From: Desulfobulbus propionicus DSM 2032
Lineage (GTDB): Bacteria; Desulfobacterota; Desulfobulbia; Desulfobulbales; Desulfobulbaceae
DNA: 32,000 nt
Assembly (NCBI RefSeq): GCF_000186885.1
Contig: NC_014972.1
Coordinates: 3,300,001 to 3,332,000, forward strand
Direction of reading: 5' to 3'
In this document: positions 18,164 through 25,099 of the stretch, one piece after another
Position numbering within the stretch: position 1 is the stretch's first letter
How the letters are laid out: each line of letters starts with the position of its first letter
The notes under the pieces: model-generated
Seen by the model: the letters and a program-made list of their open reading frames with translations, nothing else
The model's database searches: none
What the model was told of the DNA's origin: nothing
Translations under genes and position numbers: made by a program

Positions 18164-18581
18164 ACAAGCCTTCAAACTCGAAGCAGCGCTCAAGATCCAC
18201 CTGCTGCTGGTTGACGATGAATCCGACTTCAAGGAGGTCATGCAGAAACATCTGTCACGGATGGGCATCCGTCTCAGTGTCTCTGAATGTTGCCTCGATG
18301 CCTTGGAAACATTGGACGCCCATGCCATCGATGTGGTGATCATGGACATGAACATGCCGGGGATGGATGGTATCCAGTGCCTGCGCAAGATCAAGGAACG
18401 CTGGCCGCTGATCGAGGTGATCATCCTCACCGGACACGCCTCGGTCAAATCAGGCATCGAGGGCATGGAAAGCGGGGCTTTCGACTACTGCCTCAAGCCC
18501 ATCGATGTCCGCGAGCTCATCGAAAAAGTCGAACTGGCCGCAGAAAAGGCCCTGGTCAACAAAGAACAAGTCGACGGTTGA
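18153..18581 (+). CDS. Single-domain response regulator (receiver only), overlapping the upstream dikinase-like gene
   Basis: 142 aa. HLLLVDDESDF, VVIMDMNMPGMDG, LTGHAS, GAFDYCLKP. The ATG at 18153 lies inside the last codons of the upstream gene (stop 18161-18163), an 11-nt overlap. Confidence 0.9.
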   Translation: MASEQAFKLEAALKIHLLLVDDESDFKEVMQKHLSRMGIRLSVSECCLDALETLDAHAIDVVIMDMNMPGMDGIQCLRKIKERWPLIEVIILTGHASVKSGIEGMESGAFDYCLKPIDVRELIEKVELAAEKALVNKEQVDG

Positions 18582-18628
18582 CCCACCCCCAGCCACCACC
18601 AACGCACACTCCGGAGAACACTCTTCCC

Positions 18629-18958
18629 ATGCGACTGCAATACCCCCTGCGGCGGCGCCTGCTGCCGTTGCTCTGCGGCCTGATGCTTGCGGGCTGCGTC
18701 AGCGCCGGCAAGGATTTCAATGTCCACATGGTGCCGCACATCAAGCTCCACCAGACCACCCGTGCCCAAATCGAGCAAATGTTCGGCCCTCCGTGGCGGA
18801 CCGGGGTCGAGGACGGCCGCCAGACCTGGAGTTACGGCACCTACAAGTATGGTGTCAGCGACACCCTCAGCCGTGACCTAGTGGTCCGCTTCGATGCCGA
18901 CGGCACGGTGGCCTCCTATACCTTCAACTCCAACTATCCCGAAGACAAACAGCTCTAA
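18629..18958 (+). CDS. Lipoprotein, SmpA/OmlA (BamE-like) fold
   Basis: Internal ATG of ORF 18287..18958. Signal peptide with lipobox MRLQYPLRRRLLPLLCGLMLAGC. The mature part (..LHQTTRAQIEQMFGPPW..WSYGTY..) resembles BamE/SmpA small lipoproteins. Confidence 0.6.
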   Translation: MRLQYPLRRRLLPLLCGLMLAGCVSAGKDFNVHMVPHIKLHQTTRAQIEQMFGPPWRTGVEDGRQTWSYGTYKYGVSDTLSRDLVVRFDADGTVASYTFNSNYPEDKQL

Positions 18959-18960
18959 TT

Positions 18961-18990
18961 CGCCTTCGCCTGCGAGATAAGGCCTTTTTT
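18961..18990 (+). terminator. Weak candidate terminator after the lipoprotein gene
   Basis: 5-bp stem GCCTT/AAGGC with a 12-nt loop, followed by CTTTTTT. Located between convergent genes. Confidence 0.3.
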
Positions 18991-19114
18991 CCTGCAGGAT
19001 ACATGACAACTTGCAAGCGGATGAGAATACGCTGCTTTTCCTCTCACCGGGGAGACGGTACACGCGTCTCCCCTGGTCGTGTCCTCTGTACCGCGCCTGG
19101 GTTTCGCCGCTCTG

Positions 19115-20104
19115 TCACCGAAACTGGTCCGGCGGCTCCATCAACAGCTGTTCGCGGAAAAAGGCGATTGCCAGCCGGTCGATCAACCAGCCGGTCCGCC
19201 ACGGAAAACGTCCGTCGACAAAGCCCACGTGGCCGCCATGGGGTTGGATCGCCAGCCGTACTCCAGGGCCGACCTGATCGGCCTCCGGCACGCTGTGCGG
19301 GTACATGAAGGGATCGTCCACGCTGTGCAGGATCAGGGTCGGGGTGGTGATGCGATCCAGGACGCCAAACGAACTGCAACGGCGGTAGTAGTCGTCGGCG
19401 CCGGCAAAACCGTTGAGCGGCGCGGTCACCTGCTGATCGTATTCCCGCAGGGTGTGGATGCGATCCAGATCCACCCGCAGCGGCGAGGAGGTCTGGGCGA
19501 ATTTTCTCCGGTAGGATCGTTTCAGCCGGTCCAGGAGGTAGTGCTGATAGATCCGCGACCCGCCCTGTTCGAGCCTCCGGGCCGCATCGCCCAGGACAAA
19601 GGGGACCGAGACGGCCATGGCCGCTTGCAGCAACGAGGCTGGCCCAGCGGTTCCCAGATAGCGGAGCAGCAGGTTGCCGCCCAGGGAAAAGCCGATCGCC
19701 GCCGCCACCGGTCGGTTGGTGGAGCGAAGAACGGCGAGCACTTCGGCCAAATCCTCGATCGCGCCGGAATGGTAGGTGCGCGGCAGCCGGTTGGGTTCGC
19801 CGCTGCAACCGCGCAAATGCATGAACACCGGCTGGAATCCGGCTTGCAGCAGGCTGGCCATCACCGGCAGGGCATAGTGGGAACGGAGGGTGCCCTCCAG
19901 CCCATGCAGCATCAGCACCGTGGGCCCGCGGCCCGATGTCCAGGCCAGATCAATGAAGTCGCCGTCGGCCAGCTCGATCCGCTCCCGCCGCAAACGCAGG
20001 GCGGGCCGCTTGCGCAGCAGCTTGGGCCACAGCGTTTGCAGATGCGGATTGCGCAGCCAGGGCGGAGGAAGGAACGGGGGCGGCTGCCGCATGATGGTTG
20101 ACAC
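19115..20104 (-). CDS. Alpha/beta hydrolase, YheT/ABHD1-3-like
   Basis: 329 aa. N-terminal PPPWLRNPHLQTLWP, HG oxyanion motif VLMLHGLEG, nucleophile elbow GFSLGG, C-terminal HGGHVGF. Start is GTG 20104 or ATG 20092. Confidence 0.75.
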   Translation of the reverse strand: MSTIMRQPPPFLPPPWLRNPHLQTLWPKLLRKRPALRLRRERIELADGDFIDLAWTSGRGPTVLMLHGLEGTLRSHYALPVMASLLQAGFQPVFMHLRGCSGEPNRLPRTYHSGAIEDLAEVLAVLRSTNRPVAAAIGFSLGGNLLLRYLGTAGPASLLQAAMAVSVPFVLGDAARRLEQGGSRIYQHYLLDRLKRSYRRKFAQTSSPLRVDLDRIHTLREYDQQVTAPLNGFAGADDYYRRCSSFGVLDRITTPTLILHSVDDPFMYPHSVPEADQVGPGVRLAIQPHGGHVGFVDGRFPWRTGWLIDRLAIAFFREQLLMEPPDQFR

Positions 20105-20297
20105 TCACACAGGGACAGAACGCGGGGGCGCTGGGGGCCCCGCCGATGAATGCCGGCTGGGGCCTGCGGCCGTAGTGGTCGTCATCCCGCGATGACATCG
20201 GTTGCACGGCTGCGCCTGGTCCGAAGCACGGGCGCGATGCGCCCGGCGCGGGCAGCGCGGCTCTTTCATGAACACTTGCACTCGGCAGGAGGAAGGT

Positions 20298-20648
20298 ATG
20301 GCCAATTTTTTGTTTGTTCTGCGCGACAATGATTTCGAGAAGGCGACCCGCTGTTTTCAGTTCGCCAAGATCGCCCACTCCAAGGGACACACGGTCAATC
20401 TCTTTTTCATCGACAGCGGCGTCGATTGGGCGGTGAAGGATCGCGACGGCAGTCGCAAGACCGACACTGGCGACTGTGTCAACGATTACCTGCCCTACCT
20501 GGTCGAAAACGAGGTGCCGGTGGGCGTCTGCACCCCCTGCGCCAAGAACCGCCACCTTGACGAGGCCAGATTCCACCCGAACATGGCCCTGGATGGCGGC
20601 CCCCATCTGATTGACATGGCCGCCGAGGCCAAGGTGTTCAATTTCTGA
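20298..20648 (+). CDS. DsrE/DsrF-like family small protein
   Basis: 116 aa, starting at the ATG at 20298 preceded by AGGAGGAAGG. MANFLFVLRDND..AKIAHSKGHTVNLFFIDSGV..VPVGVCTPCAKNR matches the DsrE-like pattern (Rossmann-like, Cys in VC..C). Confidence 0.55.
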   Translation: MANFLFVLRDNDFEKATRCFQFAKIAHSKGHTVNLFFIDSGVDWAVKDRDGSRKTDTGDCVNDYLPYLVENEVPVGVCTPCAKNRHLDEARFHPNMALDGGPHLIDMAAEAKVFNF

Positions 20649-20671
20649 GGTCCCGCTTGCGCGCGCTTCGC

Positions 20672-20706
20672 AGCCGGTGTCCTCGCCTGGGCACCGGCTT
20701 TTTTAT
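20672..20706 (+). terminator. Rho-independent terminator between convergent genes
   Basis: Stem AGCCGGTG (20672-20679) / CACCGGCT (20692-20699) with a 12-nt loop, followed by TTTTTATT. It overlaps the stop codon of the minus-strand CBS gene. Confidence 0.75.
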
Positions 20707-21167
20707 TCGCTGAACAGGTGATAGAAGATATCGGACATGTAAATCACGCCGATGAGCCGGCCGTTGTCCACCACTGAGATGCGGCGCAGCTGGTTCTTGA
20801 TGATCCGGTCCAGGATCGACATCACCGGTTCATCCGGCGGAACGCTGAGCACGTTGTCGTTCATGACCTGGACCACCTTTTTCTCCTTGACCGCGCGGAT
20901 GTACTCGTCCAGGTCCCCCGCCCAGTTCAGCTCGCTGCCGTCGATGCCGTAGTTGAGATAGGAGGGGCGGAGATGGTAGAGGATATAATACATGCTGACC
21001 GTGCCAACGAGTCCATTGTCATAGTCGACCACCATCAGGCTGACCGTCTTGTGGCCGGTGGGCCGCACCTTGGCGTTGAGAATTTTTTTAATGGCCTTTT
21101 CGACCGGTTCGTCCATGTAGATGGTGTCGTAATTCTTGGTCATGATGTCGCGGGCAAACAGCTGCAT
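20703..21167 (-). CDS. CBS-domain pair protein
   Basis: 154 aa with two CBS-like repeats (ARDIMTKNYDTIYMDEPVEKA..LMVVDYDNGLVGTVSMYYIL and VVQVMNDNVLSVPPDEPV..RISVVDNGRLIGVIYMSDIF). SD AAGGAG upstream on the minus strand. Confidence 0.8.
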   Translation of the reverse strand: MQLFARDIMTKNYDTIYMDEPVEKAIKKILNAKVRPTGHKTVSLMVVDYDNGLVGTVSMYYILYHLRPSYLNYGIDGSELNWAGDLDEYIRAVKEKKVVQVMNDNVLSVPPDEPVMSILDRIIKNQLRRISVVDNGRLIGVIYMSDIFYHLFSE

Positions 21168-21635
21168 ACCTCACTCCTTGACTGCGTTGATGGTTGCCCG
21201 ACCGCATCCGCCCGTGGCGGAGGCGACCGGATGGGGATGACGTCCGGTTCCGTCTCTCCCGAACGTGAACAGGCATTCCGCAAGGTTGCGGGACAGTACC
21301 ACTTCCCGCACCAGTTGACCATGTTTATCCCATTGGAGTCCATCAGAAAACGATGCTTTTTCCCCGCCGGCAGCCGGACCGCGCCGGTGTCAAATCGCCT
21401 GCCCAGCCACGCGGCATGACCACGAGCCGGCGTGCCGTTTTTTCCCGCGGCGCCATGGGCCGCACCACCGGAATTTTCCGGCCGCGCCGTGACCACACAT
21501 GGCGGGATGCTCCACTAACAATTTGACTTTAGCGGTAATTCGTGTAAGTAGAGGGGGAAATCCTCACCAGTAGTATCATTCCCCCGGTGATCCGTCGGGG
21601 TTCAGAATACTCTCTCTGCTGCAAGGAGGTCTCCA

Positions 21636-22034
21636 TTGTTTGGGTTCGAAGCTATTTCCCACCACAACGGCTGGGCAGTCGCCGCTACTGGCGCCTGCAT
21701 AGTGTTCACCGGGCTGGCCACCCTCTCCTTTGTCATCTCGCAACTGCACAAACTCGTCGCCTTGCTTGACCGTCCTCCCAAGGTGACCGTGGAAGTCGTC
21801 CCGGAGGAAAAGCCGAAAACGCCGCCTCTGCCCGATTGTCCCAACGATCTCGCTCTGACCGTGTCCCGATACCAGCCCCTGATCGAGGAACTGGACCCGG
21901 AATTCGCCTTGGCCGACCTGTATGCCCTGGCCAAAAAATACCATCTCCCACATCCGCACCTGTCGATTCGCTGCCTGGTAGACGGTGGCAAACTGCAGCC
22001 GCTTGGCGATGGCATGTTCCGCTTTGTGGCATAA
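21636..22034 (+). CDS. OadG-like small membrane subunit (putative) with extra C-terminal domain
   Basis: 132 aa. TTG start 7 nt after AAGGAGG. The N-terminal TM WAVAATGACIVFTGLATLSFVISQLHKLV followed by a Pro/Lys/Glu linker resembles decarboxylase gamma subunits. It lies immediately upstream of the beta-subunit gene. The C-terminal ~55 aa are unassigned. Confidence 0.45.
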   Translation: MFGFEAISHHNGWAVAATGACIVFTGLATLSFVISQLHKLVALLDRPPKVTVEVVPEEKPKTPPLPDCPNDLALTVSRYQPLIEELDPEFALADLYALAKKYHLPHPHLSIRCLVDGGKLQPLGDGMFRFVA

Positions 22035-22071
22035 ACTCGACAACCTGGATATCCATCGGGGGGATTGAACC

Positions 22072-23199
22072 ATGGACCTTTTTCTCCAATTTCTGCACAA
22101 CACCGGCTTTGGCCTGGCCGATTACCGCAACCTGATCATGATCGTGGTCGGCTCATGTTTCGTCTATCTGGCCATCGCCAAAAAATACGAACCGCTCTTG
22201 CTCCTGCCCATCGGCTTTGGGGTCATTCTCGGCAATATCCCCTTCTTCAAGGGATTCGGCATCGGCATCTACGAGGCCAACAGCGTGCTCCACTACCTCT
22301 ATTTCGGGGTGACCAGCGGCGTCTATCCGTCGATCATCTTCCTCGGCCTCGGGGCGATGACCGATTTTTCCTTTCTCCTGGCCAACCCGAAACTGATGCT
22401 GCTGGGCGCCGCCGCCCAGATGGGCATCTTCTTCACCTACCTCAGCGCCCTGGCCCTGGGATTCACGCCGCAGGAAGCCTCGTCCATCGGCATTATCGGC
22501 GGCGCCGACGGGCCGACCTCGATCTTCCTCACCGCCAAGCTGGCGCCGCATCTGATCGGCCCGGTGGCCATTGCCGCCTACTCCTACATGGCCCTGATCC
22601 CGATCATCCAGCCGCCGATCATGAAACTGCTGATCTCCAAGAAAGAGATGCTCATCCGCATGCCCGACATGCGCGAGGTCTCGCGGCGGGAACTGGTGAT
22701 TTTTCCGGTGGCCGGCCTGATTCTCTGCACCTTTCTCGCCCCGGCCTCCATCCCCCTGCTCGGCCCCTTTTTCTTTGGCAACATCATGAAGGAGAGCGGC
22801 GTGGTCGACCGTCTGGCCAACACCGCCCGCACCGCCATCATCGATACCGCCACCATCCTGGTCGGCCTGACCGTGGGCGCCTCCACCCAGGGCGATGTGT
22901 TCCTCAACCCCAAGTCGGTGGGCATCTTCGCGCTCGGCGCCGTTGCCTTCAGTATCGCCACCGCCTCCGGCCTGCTTTTTGCCAAGTTCATGAACCTCTT
23001 TCTCAAGGAAAAGATCAACCCCCTGCTCGGTGCCGCCGGCGTGTCGGCCGTGCCCGGCTCGGCCCGCGAGGTGCACATGATGGGGCAAAAGGCCGATCCC
23101 ACCAATTTCCTGTTGATGCATGCCATGGCCTGCAACTCCTCGGGGGTTATCGGTTCGGCGGTCTGCGCCGGTATCCTGTGGAGTTTTCTCATGGGCTAA
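22072..23199 (+). CDS. Na+-translocating decarboxylase beta subunit (OadB/GcdB/MmdB family)
   Basis: 375 aa. Near-collinear with my recollection of Klebsiella OadB: LAIAKKYEPLLLLPIGFG, GLGAMTDFSFLLANPK, LLGAAAQMGIFFT, IGIIGGADGPTSIF, AAYSYMALIPIIQPPIMKLL, FGNIMKESGVVDRL, NPLLGAAGVSAVP, NFLLMHAM. Confidence 0.9.
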   Translation: MDLFLQFLHNTGFGLADYRNLIMIVVGSCFVYLAIAKKYEPLLLLPIGFGVILGNIPFFKGFGIGIYEANSVLHYLYFGVTSGVYPSIIFLGLGAMTDFSFLLANPKLMLLGAAAQMGIFFTYLSALALGFTPQEASSIGIIGGADGPTSIFLTAKLAPHLIGPVAIAAYSYMALIPIIQPPIMKLLISKKEMLIRMPDMREVSRRELVIFPVAGLILCTFLAPASIPLLGPFFFGNIMKESGVVDRLANTARTAIIDTATILVGLTVGASTQGDVFLNPKSVGIFALGAVAFSIATASGLLFAKFMNLFLKEKINPLLGAAGVSAVPGSAREVHMMGQKADPTNFLLMHAMACNSSGVIGSAVCAGILWSFLMG

Positions 23200-23239
23200 G
23201 CAACAGGTCGTCGACGCGCTCCACGGCGCGAACCGATCG

Positions 23240-23278
23240 CGGGCACACGGGAATGATTCCCGGTGCCCGTTTTTTTTT
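23240..23278 (+). terminator. Strong Rho-independent terminator after the beta-subunit gene
   Basis: Stem CGGGCAC-A-CGGGA / TCCCG-GTGCCCG with loop ATGAT, followed by T9 (23270-23278). Confidence 0.85.
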
Positions 23279-23537
23279 GCAGACGAAATCACGCGCTCTG
23301 TGATAAATTAGACCTTTTGTGATAAGCGGGCGATTGGTCCCCGGACAATCGTCCCTTCCATTCAGCCGCCGCCTTTCTCGGGCAGCAAAACCGACGGCTG
23401 CTCCATTCGACACAACCGGCAGACGGCGGCCTCCGCCGCATACGACGCCGTGCAGCACAACTCGACCACTAACCGCGAATCTGGCCGCGCCCTCTTCTGG
23501 GTCCCGGACAGGTTCCGTCACCAGGTGATGGGATCAT

Positions 23538-25091
23538 ATGGATACGCAATACCAGGCAACCTTGGAAACTCTGGAACGGCTGCGGGCGGAATCCGTTTCC
23601 GCCGGCGGAGAACAGCAACTGGCGGAGCAGCACCGCAAAGGCAAACTGACGGCTCGGGAACGGCTTGACCTGCTGCTCGACGACGGCACTTTCGAGGAAT
23701 TCGATGTGCTCAAGATCGGCCGGGGCTCCAGTCTGGGGGGCGAAAAAAGTTTCCTTGGCGACGGTGTCATCACCGGCCACGGGTCCATCGACGGCCGCGA
23801 GGTCTTCGTCTTCAGTCAGGATTTCACCATCCTCGGCGGATCGTTGGGCGAGGCGCATGCCCAGAAAATCTGCAAGGTCATGGATCTGGCGGTCAAGGTG
23901 GGCGCGCCGATCATCGGCCTCAACGATTCGGGCGGGGCGCGCATCCAGGAAGGCGTGGACGCCCTGGCCGCCTACGGCGAAATCTTCCACCGCAACGTCC
24001 GGGCCAGCGGCGTGGTGCCGCAGATCTCCTGCATCATGGGACCCTGCGCCGGCGGCGCGGTGTACAGCCCGTCGATCACCGATTTCGTGTTCATGGTCGA
24101 GGATTCCTCCTACATGTTCGTCACCGGCCCCAGCGTGGTCAAGACGGTCACCCATCAGGACATCACCTCCGAGGATCTGGGTGGGGCCCGCGTCCATGCC
24201 AGCAAGAGCGGCGTGGCCCACTTCACGGTGCACAACGACGTGCTCGCCCTGCGCGAGGTTCGACGGCTGATCAGCTACCTGCCCTCCAACAACCGGCTGC
24301 GGGCGCCAATCCTCGACCTCAGCGACGCCCCGGACCGCACCGACCCGGCCCTGGACTTCCTCATTCCGAGCAACTCCAACCAGACCTATGACATGAACGT
24401 GCTCATCCTCTCCATCCTCGACGGGGCGGAGTTCATGGAGGTTCATGCCGGATTCGCCCGCAACATCATCTGCGGTTTCGGCCGCCTGGGTGGGCAGACC
24501 GTGGGCCTGGTGGCCAATCAGCCGGCGGTGCTCGCCGGCGTGCTCGACAACGACGCCTCGTTCAAGGCGGGCCGTTTTGTCCGGTTCTGCGACTGCTTCA
24601 ACATCCCGCTGATCGCCCTGGTGGATGTACCCGGCTTCATGCCCGGGCCGGACCAGGAGCACGGCGGCATCATTCGCCACGGGGCCAAACTGCTCTACGC
24701 CTTCACCGAGGCCACGGTGCCGCGCATTTCGGTGATCGTCCGCAAGGCCTACGGCGGCGCCTACCTGGTGATGAATTCCAAGCACATCCACTGCGATGTC
24801 AACTATGCCTGGCCCACGGCCGAGATCGCGGTCATGGGACCCAAGGGCGCGGCCGAGGTCATCCACCGCAAGGAGATCTACTCGTCCACCGACCCGGAAG
24901 CCGTGCTCAACGAAAAGATGGAAGAATACCGCCGTACCTTTGCCAACCCCTTCCTGGCCGCTCAGCGCGGGTACATCGACGACGTTATCTTCCCCCGGGA
25001 TACCCGCACGCACCTGATCCGGACCTTGCAGATGCTCGACAGCAAGAAGACCAAGGGCCCGGATCGCAAACACGGAAATATTCCCCTGTGA
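23538..25091 (+). CDS. Acyl-CoA carboxyltransferase (propionyl-CoA carboxylase beta / methylmalonyl-CoA decarboxylase alpha family)
   Basis: 517 aa. HRKGKLTARERLDLLLDDGTFEEFD, GGARIQEGVDALAAYGEIF, PQISCIMGPCAGGAVYSPSITDF, TGPSVVKTVT, LGGARVHASKSGVAHF, YGGAYLVMNSK. Confidence 0.9.
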   Translation: MDTQYQATLETLERLRAESVSAGGEQQLAEQHRKGKLTARERLDLLLDDGTFEEFDVLKIGRGSSLGGEKSFLGDGVITGHGSIDGREVFVFSQDFTILGGSLGEAHAQKICKVMDLAVKVGAPIIGLNDSGGARIQEGVDALAAYGEIFHRNVRASGVVPQISCIMGPCAGGAVYSPSITDFVFMVEDSSYMFVTGPSVVKTVTHQDITSEDLGGARVHASKSGVAHFTVHNDVLALREVRRLISYLPSNNRLRAPILDLSDAPDRTDPALDFLIPSNSNQTYDMNVLILSILDGAEFMEVHAGFARNIICGFGRLGGQTVGLVANQPAVLAGVLDNDASFKAGRFVRFCDCFNIPLIALVDVPGFMPGPDQEHGGIIRHGAKLLYAFTEATVPRISVIVRKAYGGAYLVMNSKHIHCDVNYAWPTAEIAVMGPKGAAEVIHRKEIYSSTDPEAVLNEKMEEYRRTFANPFLAAQRGYIDDVIFPRDTRTHLIRTLQMLDSKKTKGPDRKHGNIPL

Positions 25092-25099
25092 GGTACGCC

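Noticed and set aside
19079-20101. 340-aa plus-strand ORF
   Set aside because: It is antisense to the alpha/beta hydrolase, which has HG, GFSLGG and C-terminal His motifs. The plus-strand translation is low complexity.
22065-23303. 412-aa plus-strand ORF and 379-aa minus-strand ORF (22153-23292) overlapping the beta-subunit gene
   Set aside because: The frame at 22072-23199 reproduces the OadB family sequence almost block for block. The alternative frames are Arg/Pro/His-rich nonsense.
23469-25073. 534-aa ORF on the minus strand
   Set aside because: It is exactly antisense to the well-supported carboxyltransferase gene. The translation is Gly/Arg/Asp/His/Val-rich low complexity, typical of shadow ORFs in GC-rich DNA.
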